From: Gammaproteobacteria bacterium
GTDB lineage: Bacteria > Pseudomonadota > Gammaproteobacteria > SZUA-229
Length of the DNA: 64,000 nt
NCBI GenBank assembly: GCA_024636785.1
Contig: JAGXGK010000003.1
Span: 72,027 to 136,026 of the forward strand
Direction of reading: 5' to 3'
Notes under the pieces: generated by a model
The model's database searches: none
What the model was told of the DNA's origin: nothing
The model's input: only the letters and a program-made list of their open reading frames with translations
Translations under genes and position numbers: made by a program
Shown here: in pieces, positions 17,821 through 27,977 of the stretch
Layout: each line of letters opens with the position of its first letter
Numbering within the stretch: position 1 is the stretch's first letter

Positions 17821-18228
17821 CTAACGAGCAGTACCAAAACTCTCATTTTCGGTATGGGTTGGAACAGACAATCCTGCAATACGCATCCCTTGTGCCACAG
17901 GGCCTTCTGGAAACAGCGTATGTAAATATTCACGACCGCCCTGCTCAGAAAATGCCTCATCAAGCATGTCGCCAAGTTCACGACCATTTTCAGCCTGGCC
18001 ATTATCCAGATAATAATCCTGCAACTTCTGTATTACTTTAAAATGCGCGTCGGTGAGCTCTAAGCCCTCTGCCGACGCGATTTCTCTGGCTCGATCCTCA
18101 TCCCAGGCCTGCAACTCCTGCTCACGCCCTGTGCGCTGCTGGCTCGCAATATCTGTATCGACACTTCTATCCATCATCTCAACAGCCTCAGCCTCGGGAG
18201 ATGTGGATTTTTTTTCATAATCAGTCAT
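17821..18228 (-). CDS. DsrC/TusE-like protein lacking both conserved cysteines
   Basis: ELTDAHFKVIQKLQDYY...YLHTLFPEGPVAQGMRIAGLSVPT matches the DsrC/TusE core. The protein has no Cys at all and ends PTHTENESFGTAR where PTGCV would be expected. Start at ATG 18228 follows AGAGGA. Confidence 0.75.
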   Translation of the reverse strand: MTDYEKKSTSPEAEAVEMMDRSVDTDIASQQRTGREQELQAWDEDRAREIASAEGLELTDAHFKVIQKLQDYYLDNGQAENGRELGDMLDEAFSEQGGREYLHTLFPEGPVAQGMRIAGLSVPTHTENESFGTAR

Positions 18229-18833
18229 AATATTTTTCCTCTTTTTAATTACTATTTTATAAAGATAACAGAAAACCTGCCTCATTAAAATTTTGATGCG
18301 CTGACACTTAAAAATCATCTAGAGATATATTAGGACCTTTTAACGTACCAACATTATAAATTTTACGTTCAGAATCTCGCCTTCATACTTAATAATATGG
18401 AAATTTTAACACTCCTCATGCAAGAGTAATAAATCACAATTTTGTGGTTGATTTTTAACAGCATTTATAATTCTTACTTATGCTGCACATTTTATATGGT
18501 AATAACACATTCATAAAAACAGAATGACAGTGGCTGACTGTTTTCTGATTTAGCCAGACAATGAACCATTCGCTGCCTGGCAGATAAAAGCAAAAGAAAT
18601 CTGATTAACAAAAAACGCTTTAACCGGTGATCGACTGCCGGCCAAAACAAAGCGGCGCTCAGCCTAAAAATGCAATTAATTTATTGTTTTTCAGAGGAAA
18701 AGTTAAGCGGTGAATCAAGTCGAGCCTGATCCCCTTCTGCCCCACATCCCCGTCATTCTGGCGCAGGCCGGAACTCAGATGCTTGACTGCGATATTTAGA
18801 ACTTATTAGCGTAATTAATTAAAAAATGGAACG

Positions 18834-18870
18834 ACTAAAAAAACCCGGGGCGTTTCCGACCCGGGTTTTT
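18834..18870 (-). terminator. Rho-independent terminator of sqr
   Basis: aaacccggg / cccgggttt stem with a T-run on the minus strand, about 55 nt after the sqr stop. Confidence 0.8.
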
Positions 18871-18922
18871 CTGCTGATTTATCACTTATCCTTGTTCAGC
18901 TCTATCAATTTTTAGCTCTCTA

Positions 18923-20191
18923 TCATTCCAGTTTATTTATGCCCATCATTTTAAGAAGATAGCGTTCATACAAAGGTTCTGTATACCCCTTTCTCATCTT
19001 TCGAATAAAATATTTTTCAAATCCGATTTTCGCCTGGTGCACCCACTTACCTTTTTTGAACCAGGTCACATTGCGTGGCGGTATTTGTGGTAAAGCTACA
19101 AAAGCGGCACCGGTATCACCCATGTCGGCCAGACAGATAGCATTCCAGGTACCACAGGTTTCAGGTGCTTCGCCCGCGATTTCGTGCGCAATATTATGCA
19201 CAATAGCGGTTGCCATAGTTTCAATCATGTAACCTGTTTTGGGTGCGCCGGTGGGTACCGGTGTGGCTTCAACCGGTGGGATTGCCACGCAGACTCCCGC
19301 AGAATAAATATTCTTATATTTAGGATTACGCTGGTATTCATCGATCAGGACGAATCCACGTGGATTGCATAAGCCTTCAACTTCCGCAACGGCATCAACG
19401 CCTTTGAAGCCTGGCAACATCATTGAGTAATTAAATGGCAGTTCATGCTGTTTTTTAACGTTACCATCATCATCCAGTTCATCTACAAACATCATGCCAT
19501 CTTCAACTTTCGTTGTTTTTGCGTTGGTGATGAATTTTATATTATGGTTGCGTAGATCACTTTCCAGCATGCCTCTTGAATCACCCACACCAGCCAAACC
19601 CAGATGGCCGATATATGGCTCCGATGTGACGAAAGTCATCGGTACTTTATTGCGCATTTTCTTTTTGCGCAGAACACAATCAAGAATAAATGCAAACTCA
19701 TAAGCGGGACCAAAACAGCTGGCGAAAGGCATGGCGCCGATAATCACCGGGCCGGGGTTTTCGACCAGCCTGTTGAAATCATCTAATGCAGTGACCGCAT
19801 GTTCAGTGCTGCAAACAGATGAGGTGAAACCTTCGGGGCCGGAACCCGGAATCTCTTCAAAAGCGAGTCGGGGGCCGGTGGCAATGACGAGATAATCATA
19901 ACCGACTGCTTCGCCCTCTTTTAACTCCAGCCGGTTATTTTCAGCATCAATTTTAGTGACCCGATCCTGAATAAAATTGATGCCTTTTTTAGCCAGTATC
20001 GATGACAGCGGTACAGTAACATCTTTCTGGGTACGCCAGCCAACCGCGACCCATGGGTTCGAGGGCGTGAACTGGAAATGATCACGTTCATTAATAATGG
20101 TGATCTGGTGATCCTTACTCAGGGTTTCTCTCATTTCGTATGCACAGGGCAATCCCCCTACACCGGCTCCTACTATGATGATACGTGCCAT
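18923..20191 (-). CDS. sqr: Sulfide:quinone oxidoreductase
   Basis: Closely parallels the Acidithiobacillus-type SQR sequence from memory along its whole length: GAGxGG, FQFxPSNPWVxVGW, three conserved Cys including SCFGPAYE and GLCNP, and the C-terminal amphipathic helices. Confidence 0.9.
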   Translation of the reverse strand: MARIIIVGAGVGGLPCAYEMRETLSKDHQITIINERDHFQFTPSNPWVAVGWRTQKDVTVPLSSILAKKGINFIQDRVTKIDAENNRLELKEGEAVGYDYLVIATGPRLAFEEIPGSGPEGFTSSVCSTEHAVTALDDFNRLVENPGPVIIGAMPFASCFGPAYEFAFILDCVLRKKKMRNKVPMTFVTSEPYIGHLGLAGVGDSRGMLESDLRNHNIKFITNAKTTKVEDGMMFVDELDDDGNVKKQHELPFNYSMMLPGFKGVDAVAEVEGLCNPRGFVLIDEYQRNPKYKNIYSAGVCVAIPPVEATPVPTGAPKTGYMIETMATAIVHNIAHEIAGEAPETCGTWNAICLADMGDTGAAFVALPQIPPRNVTWFKKGKWVHQAKIGFEKYFIRKMRKGYTEPLYERYLLKMMGINKLE

Positions 20192-20239
20192 GCCTTATTC
20201 CTCTCGTTTGTTATTTGCTTGTCTGTCTGCGTGTCTAAA

Positions 20240-20255
20240 AGCAAGGTTCAGGCCA
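20240..20255 (-). promoter_or_regulatory. Sigma54 (-24/-12) promoter for sqr
   Basis: The minus strand reads TGGCCTGAACCTTGCT, so GG and GC have exactly the consensus spacing (TGGCAC-N5-TTGCW). It lies about 50 nt upstream of the sqr ATG, with GAGAGGA as the SD. Confidence 0.75.
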
Positions 20256-20340
20256 GTTTTTGTCATTTCCAATAAAAACAACATGTTAAATAGGTTTATG
20301 TATTTATTTAGCTTTTACCTGATTAAATACAAGGAAAAGC

Positions 20341-20358
20341 TTTGTCATTTTTGACAAA
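20341..20358. promoter_or_regulatory. Candidate enhancer (UAS) palindrome TTTGTCA-N4-TGACAAA between sqr and its activator
   Basis: Perfect 7-bp inverted repeat about 90-100 bp upstream of the -24 element. More TGTCA copies lie at 20261, 20374 and 20384. Confidence 0.5.
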
Positions 20359-20421
20359 CATGGCATGATATCCTGTCAAATATGTCAGACATTACACTGA
20401 ATAACTACAGGGCAAGTAATT

Positions 20422-21741
20422 ATGAGCTCAACCAAAATTTCAAAAGAAGCCATCGACAATCCCTCGTTTCTCGATGGCATGCTCAATAGCTACAGCAACC
20501 CGGCGGTTTTGATGAATCGGGATTACGTCATCGTCGCCGCCAACGAGGCGTACCAGAAACAATACGGCTTCAAAGTCGACGGCAAAAGCCATTGCTATGA
20601 AATATCTCATCATTATAAAAAACCCTGTGATCAGGAGGGCGAGACCTGTCCATTAAAACTGTGCCTGGAAAGCAACTCGGCACAACGCTCTCTCCATGTT
20701 CACCACACTGAATTCGGTGAAGAACACGTCGACGTCCAGCTCAGCCCGATCCACGACGAAAAGGGGGAGATAAAGTTTTTTCTGGAAACCATGGCATCGG
20801 TTAAATGTGCCAGCACCAAACCTCAGGCTGAAGGTTTGGTCGGTCGCTCCGTTGCCTTTAATACCGTCATTGAAATGGTGCAGCGCGTCGCTTGCAGTGA
20901 CGTCAACGTTTTGCTGCAGGGCGAATCCGGCACTGGTAAAGAGCTGGTGGCTGAAGCTATTCATACAGCCAGCCGCCGAACCAAGGGACCATTCGTCCCC
21001 GTGGATTGTTCAGGACTGACTGAAAACCTGTTTGAAAGTGAATTATTCGGACATGAGAAAGGCGCTTTTACCGGCGCGCAATCGCGAAAAATTGGCCTGG
21101 TTGAGGCTGCCAGTGGTGGCACTTTATTTTTAGATGAAACCGGTGATATTCCACTCAACCTACAAACCAAGTTACTGCGCCTGATCGAGACCGGAACATT
21201 CCGGCGGGTCGGCGGTGTTGAGCCCTTAAAAGCGGATTTCCGCCTGATTTCGGCAACGCACAGAAATTTAAATCTGATGATCGAATCCGGCGAGTTCAGG
21301 AAAGATCTGTATTACCGCATCAGCGCCTTTCCCCTGCATTTGCCCACATTAAGGGAACGCAGCGAAGACATTCCGTTGTTAGTTGAATGCATGTTAAAGC
21401 GATATTATCCTGAAGAAAAAATACGCATGTCCGAACCGGCGCTAAAACAACTTCAGCAATATCCTTTTCCGGGAAACATCCGCGAGCTGTGCAACATCGT
21501 ACAACGCGCCACATTAATGGCCGATGGCGATGTTATAGAAACCCAGCATCTTCCGGATGAATGCGCCACAGAAATCGACAATAAAGACAAAGCCTGCTTT
21601 TCTGATTTGATCAGCCTGAAAGAACTGGAAAAACGGTATTTGGAATGGGCCATGAAACGCGTTGATAACAAAACCGAACTGGCGAAAAAACTCGGCGTCA
21701 GTGAGCGCACTTTATACCGGAAACTTGAACTGCTGGAGTAA
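20422..21741 (+). CDS. Sigma54-dependent transcriptional activator with a Cys-rich PAS-like sensor domain (FisR-like by context)
   Basis: Walker A GESGTGKE, GAFTGA, C-terminal HTH. The N-terminal domain has clustered Cys (HCYEISHHYKKPCDQEGETCPLKLC). It is transcribed divergently from sqr. Confidence 0.85.
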   Translation: MSSTKISKEAIDNPSFLDGMLNSYSNPAVLMNRDYVIVAANEAYQKQYGFKVDGKSHCYEISHHYKKPCDQEGETCPLKLCLESNSAQRSLHVHHTEFGEEHVDVQLSPIHDEKGEIKFFLETMASVKCASTKPQAEGLVGRSVAFNTVIEMVQRVACSDVNVLLQGESGTGKELVAEAIHTASRRTKGPFVPVDCSGLTENLFESELFGHEKGAFTGAQSRKIGLVEAASGGTLFLDETGDIPLNLQTKLLRLIETGTFRRVGGVEPLKADFRLISATHRNLNLMIESGEFRKDLYYRISAFPLHLPTLRERSEDIPLLVECMLKRYYPEEKIRMSEPALKQLQQYPFPGNIRELCNIVQRATLMADGDVIETQHLPDECATEIDNKDKACFSDLISLKELEKRYLEWAMKRVDNKTELAKKLGVSERTLYRKLELLE

Positions 21742-21974
21742 GTAAAAAATCCAGAAAACAGGTTAATGTTTACGAATGATGCAGAAGAGTATTCCGGGAA
21801 ATGTTACGAAGATAATACTGTAGACTGAAAAACATTTTCAAAGATCCGTCTGTATCTTTCCAGCGCGTCTGATTTTTCAGCGATTCTTCCAGCCATTCCA
21901 GACGTTGAAAGGGCGTTGCGCTCAACCAGCATTTCAGCTACTGAAACTCTTCCTCGGTCAAACTGTTAGCCATT

Positions 21975-22469
21975 TTATTTTTGTCCATCGAGTATCACCT
22001 GAAGATATTTAATGTCTTCCAGATCCTTGCCTCGTCCGGCCTTTTGTTTCATCGCTATCAGATGCCCGATATCATAAACGGGTACAGATTCACCATCCAT
22101 GTTTAGCATAATGGCTTTGTTTGACAATTCAGCAAAAGGCATCGGTTCTCGCACGAATATATCAACAATTAATACAGGATTTTCAGGATCATAAAACGTA
22201 AACACCAGCATGTTTTTGTTTTCTATCCATGATTCCCGTATTGATTCGACAGTAAAATCCATCGGATCAACCGGCAATCTTGCCTGCAGACCAAGAGAGG
22301 TGATTAATTTTATCGCTTTCTCAACTTCCTGCTGTTCGAGATTAATAACCAGATCAATGTCAGCAGTAAACCGTGGGTAGCCGTGTAGAACCGTTGCCAA
22401 ACCGCCGACAATCACATACTCAACTTTTGCCTGATTGAGTGCTTTGAATAGCGGCAGATAGGCTGACAT
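21975..22469 (-). CDS. Nucleotidyltransferase-fold protein (minimal NTase, TA-module-like)
   Basis: GGLATVLHGYPRFTADIDLVI fits the hG[GS]-x(9-13)-DhD NTase signature. Start MSAYLPLF lies 2 nt after the thiC stop; the ORF-track start at 22640 is an overlap artefact. Confidence 0.6.
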   Translation of the reverse strand: MSAYLPLFKALNQAKVEYVIVGGLATVLHGYPRFTADIDLVINLEQQEVEKAIKLITSLGLQARLPVDPMDFTVESIRESWIENKNMLVFTFYDPENPVLIVDIFVREPMPFAELSNKAIMLNMDGESVPVYDIGHLIAMKQKAGRGKDLEDIKYLQVILDGQK

Positions 22470-22471
22470 GA

Positions 22472-24379
<1,908 letters not shown>

Positions 24380-24648
24380 TTAAGCTGCGGTTTTAGTATT
24401 AACAATGGTCGTTAATATTAACATGCTAAAGCCGATATTAACCCTAAGAGGCTGTCGGGTTTAGAGGGATTAATGCGAGGGAGTGGGAAATTTTGGGCAG
24501 CTCTCCCGCTTCCATAGCCAATTCATCCTGAAAACGGCCTTTCGCGGCGCCTGTCACCCGTTATACCTGCTTGCCGGCATTTGCCATCTTTTGGAGTCGC
24601 GGGGTACAATCCCCAGCCATAATAAGATGACTTCAATAGCTACATGTG

Positions 24649-25320
24649 ATGGAAAGTATGGATTTCGAACAAGCCCGTTTCAATATGGTTGAGCAACAGG
24701 TACGCCCGTGGAATGTTTACGACCCCCGCGTTCTTGAGGTCATTAGCCGAATCCCCCGCGAAGATTTCGTGCCCGATGAGTACCGCAATCTGGCTTATGC
24801 CGACATTTGCATCCCGTTGAGTAACGAGGCCTACAGCAGTAGCATGCTGCACCCCAACATTGAAGGTCGCATACTGCAAAATCTGAGTATTGATGAGGAT
24901 GATGTGGTGCTGGAAATCGGCACCGGCAGCGGTTATCTCACCGCCTGCCTGGCCGCACTGGCGCGCCATGTGGACAGCGTTGAAATCAACACCGAGCTGT
25001 ACGAGCTGGCCAAAAAGAATCTGGCGGTTCATGACATCCACAATGTCAGCATCAGCAATGGCGATGCCGGCAAGGACTGGAATCAAAAACAGTTTTACGA
25101 TGCCATCGCGATCACCGGCTCCCTGCCCGAAATTCCCCAGACCTACAAAAAGAAACTTAAAGTGGGCGGCCGCCTGTTCGTGGTCACCGGTGAGGCTCCG
25201 GCGATGACAGCGCAGTTGCTTACCCGTATCGGCAAAAATGAATGGTCGACAGAAAATTTGTTCGAGGCCTGTATTGAGCCGTTGTGCGGTACTCAAAAAG
25301 CCAGCCTTTTTGATTTTTAA
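24649..25320 (+). CDS. Protein-L-isoaspartate O-methyltransferase family protein
   Basis: FEQARFNMVEQQVRPW..., SAM motif VLEIGTGSGYLTACLA, GGRLFVV. GTG 24646 and ATG 24658 are alternative starts. Confidence 0.8.
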   Translation: MESMDFEQARFNMVEQQVRPWNVYDPRVLEVISRIPREDFVPDEYRNLAYADICIPLSNEAYSSSMLHPNIEGRILQNLSIDEDDVVLEIGTGSGYLTACLAALARHVDSVEINTELYELAKKNLAVHDIHNVSISNGDAGKDWNQKQFYDAIAITGSLPEIPQTYKKKLKVGGRLFVVTGEAPAMTAQLLTRIGKNEWSTENLFEACIEPLCGTQKASLFDF

Positions 25321-25377
25321 TCGCGAATAACCCCTCTATTTTTAATGATCCTTTTTTGATTTTTCCGGCAAACTTCC

Positions 25378-25698
25378 ATGCGTGAATTTGACGCACAGCA
25401 ACTTGATCAGTATCTCAACAGTAGCGACTCAACGCCGTTACTGCTTGATGTGCGGCAGGATTGGGAATACGATATTTGCCATCTGGCGGATAGCTTGTTG
25501 ATGCCCATGGCACAGGTTCCCGCGCTGATGACCGAGCTGGATAAAAGCCGCGAGACCGTCGTGATATGCCACCACGGCATTCGCAGCCGGATGATCGGCG
25601 CTTATCTTGAACAGGCGGGCTTCGACAACATCATCAATCTTCAGGGTGGCCTGGATGCCTGGGCTAAAATTATTGATAACACCATGTCGACCTATTAA
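25378..25698 (+). CDS. Single-domain rhodanese-like sulfurtransferase
   Basis: 106 aa with the active-site loop VVICHHGIRS. Confidence 0.85.
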   Translation: MREFDAQQLDQYLNSSDSTPLLLDVRQDWEYDICHLADSLLMPMAQVPALMTELDKSRETVVICHHGIRSRMIGAYLEQAGFDNIINLQGGLDAWAKIIDNTMSTY

Positions 25699-25723
25699 TT
25701 TTCACCTTCACCGGATTATTACC

Positions 25724-27061
25724 TTGAAACTAAAAAATCTTGCCCATCTGTTTTTCTACATCGCCGGTCTGACGTCGTTACCGCTGCATGCGCTTGGTCT
25801 GGTCGAGGCTCTTGAGCTGGCACAACAGAATGATGTCGTGCTACAGGCGGCGCAGGCTGAATACATCGCTATTTCCGAAACTGAACCACAGAGCACCGCC
25901 GCTTTATTACCCTCGGTTTCTCTCGATCTGTTCGCGCAGAAAACCACCACCGAAACCAGCAACGCCACCGGCGTATTCACCAACGGCACCTCCGATTTCA
26001 CCACCGACGGTTATACGCTTTCATTGCAACAGACCCTGTATAACCAGCAGCTGTTTGACACCATGCAGGCTAGCGAGTCTATTTCGGCGCAGGCACTGGC
26101 CAGTTACGAAGCCGCGAAACAGGCACTGATACTGCGTCTGGCGCAGACTTATTTTGCAGTACTGGCAGCAAAGGACAATGTTGCTTTTGCCGAGGCGGAA
26201 AAAAAGGCCAATGAGCGCTTACTGAAACAGAATCAGGAACGTTTCAAAGTCGGCCTGATTGCCATCACCGATGTCAAGGAAGCACAGGCCAACTATGATT
26301 CGGCGGTCGCGCAGGCCATCATTGCCCACAACAATCTCAGCAATCAGCAGGAAGCGTTATGGTTCATCATCAACCGGCGACCTGAGTCTTTGAATGCACT
26401 TCAGGAATCGATTCCGCTGACGTTCCCCGAACTCGAAAATATCAAGCTCTGGCAGGACAAGGCGCTCGCCAACAACCTGAATTTACGCGCCGCGCGTTAT
26501 GCCGCTGAGGCGGCAAAAAACAATTACGATAGCCAGCACGCCGGTCACTACCCGACTCTAAGCCTGAACGCACAGTACAGCGCAACCAGCGCCGATGGCA
26601 GCTCGCTGGGTTTTGGCGGGCGTGATGTTGACGACACCACCATCGGCTTGAACCTGAACATTCCTATTTATAGTGGCGGCTTTACGAGTTCAAAAGTTCG
26701 CCAGAGTGCCGCCGAATTCGAACAGGCAAGAATTCTGCTGGAAAGACAGCAACGTCAGACCATTCAGGAAATGCGCGTGGCCTACCTCGGTGTGCAGGCA
26801 GCCATTGCTCAGGTGCAGGCGTTCAAGCAGGTTTTGATTTCCACGCAGACTGCAACCGAAGCCACTCAACTGGGTTTTGAAGTTGGCACCCGCACCAGTG
26901 TGGACGTGTTACTGGCGCAGGGAAATTTATTCAAAAGTCAGCGCGATTATGCTCAGGCGCGTTATGACTACATTCTCAAGCTGCTGGAAATAAAATACGC
27001 AGCCGGATTGCTGTCTTCCGATGACATTCAGCAGATCAGCCAGTGGCTTACTGCCTCGTGA
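25724..27061 (+). CDS. tolC: TolC-family outer-membrane efflux channel
   Basis: Two repeats of the TolC coiled-coil/barrel pattern (LVEALELAQQND..., YDSAVAQ, RYDYILKLLEIKYAAG). The start is inferred as TTG 25724 (MKLKNLAHLFF... signal peptide). The ORF-track start at 25607 overlaps the rhodanese gene. Confidence 0.85.
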   Translation: MKLKNLAHLFFYIAGLTSLPLHALGLVEALELAQQNDVVLQAAQAEYIAISETEPQSTAALLPSVSLDLFAQKTTTETSNATGVFTNGTSDFTTDGYTLSLQQTLYNQQLFDTMQASESISAQALASYEAAKQALILRLAQTYFAVLAAKDNVAFAEAEKKANERLLKQNQERFKVGLIAITDVKEAQANYDSAVAQAIIAHNNLSNQQEALWFIINRRPESLNALQESIPLTFPELENIKLWQDKALANNLNLRAARYAAEAAKNNYDSQHAGHYPTLSLNAQYSATSADGSSLGFGGRDVDDTTIGLNLNIPIYSGGFTSSKVRQSAAEFEQARILLERQQRQTIQEMRVAYLGVQAAIAQVQAFKQVLISTQTATEATQLGFEVGTRTSVDVLLAQGNLFKSQRDYAQARYDYILKLLEIKYAAGLLSSDDIQQISQWLTAS

Positions 27062-27975
27062 ATGAAAAAGTCAGCCTACAAATTCACCGCTGGCTGCACC
27101 CTAAATACTGGGGGCTATGGCTGTTCTTTGGCCTGCAACGACTCTCTACGTTACTGCCACTAAGCGCCATTGAAGCACCGGGTGCTTTCATCGGCTGGCT
27201 CTATTACAAACTGGTACCTTCACGCCGCCGCATTGCGCGCATCAATATTCAACAGGCCTTTCCCGAATACAGCGCAGCGCAAATAGAAAATCTGAACAGA
27301 GCCCATTTCAAAAACCTGGGCATCTCTGTTTTTGAAATGGGCATCGCCTGGTGGGCTTCCAATAATTATTTACGCAAAAACTGTCGTGTCGAAGGGCAGG
27401 AACATCTGGAGCAGGCACTCGCCAAAGGCAAGGGCGTGATTCTACTCACCGGCCACTTTTCCACGCTGGAAATGGGCGGCGCGCTGATGTCGTTATACAC
27501 GCCGCTGCACTCTGTCTATAAGAGGGCGCATAACCCGATGTTCGACACTTTTATGCTGCACTACCGCAGCAAGCGCCTGAAGAAACTCATCGCCAATACC
27601 AACGTGCGCGAATTCGTCAAAGGGCTGCGCGATGGCTACGCCACCTGGTACGCCCCCGATCAGGATTTCACTCAGCACGTGGTGTTCGCACCCTTCCTCG
27701 GCGGCATGGCCACCACCCTGATTTCAACCGCCAAAGTCGCCGCCATGACCGGCGCCAGTGTGGTGCCTTTCTATCCACAACGTCTGGACAAGGGCCGCGG
27801 CTACAAGCTGGTGATTTTGCCTGCGCTGGAAGATTTTCCCAGCGGCGATCAGTATCAGGATGCGGTCAAAATAAATCAGGCGCTGGAAGAGATGGTGCGG
27901 AGAAATCCGGAACAGTACGCCTGGGTACACAAACGCTTTAAAACTCAGCCGCCGGGCATGCCTTCAATTTATTAG
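27043..27975 (+). CDS. lpxL: Lipid A biosynthesis (Kdo)2-lipid IVA acyltransferase (LpxL/HtrB family)
   Basis: LLTGHFSTLEMGG (HX4E-type motif region), YAPDQD, NPEQYAWVHKRFK. GTG 27058 is an alternative start. Confidence 0.8.
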   Translation: MAYCLVNEKVSLQIHRWLHPKYWGLWLFFGLQRLSTLLPLSAIEAPGAFIGWLYYKLVPSRRRIARINIQQAFPEYSAAQIENLNRAHFKNLGISVFEMGIAWWASNNYLRKNCRVEGQEHLEQALAKGKGVILLTGHFSTLEMGGALMSLYTPLHSVYKRAHNPMFDTFMLHYRSKRLKKLIANTNVREFVKGLRDGYATWYAPDQDFTQHVVFAPFLGGMATTLISTAKVAAMTGASVVPFYPQRLDKGRGYKLVILPALEDFPSGDQYQDAVKINQALEEMVRRNPEQYAWVHKRFKTQPPGMPSIY

Positions 27976-27977
27976 CC

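Noticed and set aside
17212-18041. Small ORFs 17212-17421 (-), 17760-18002 (-) and 17781-18041 (+).
   Set aside because: They lie in REP-hairpin-rich non-coding DNA or overlap the 3' end of the DsrC-like gene. They have Cys/Arg/His-rich odd composition and no ribosome-binding sites.
18566-18583. TGGCAGATAAAAGCAA, a sigma54-like motif in the long gap upstream of the DsrC-like gene.
   Set aside because: It is on the wrong strand for the neighbouring genes, the GG-to-GC spacing is one base short, and the -12 element is AGCA rather than TTGC.
24640-25296. 218-aa minus-strand ORF overlapping the pcm-like gene.
   Set aside because: The plus-strand frame carries a clear SAM-methyltransferase motif set, and the minus-strand product has no motif. 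It is a shadow ORF.
25607-25723. The ATG-initiated 5' extension of the TolC ORF, which overlaps the rhodanese gene by 92 nt.
   Set aside because: The extension (MNRRASTTSSIFRVAW...) is not signal-peptide-like. A TTG at 25724 yields a normal signal peptide just after the rhodanese stop.
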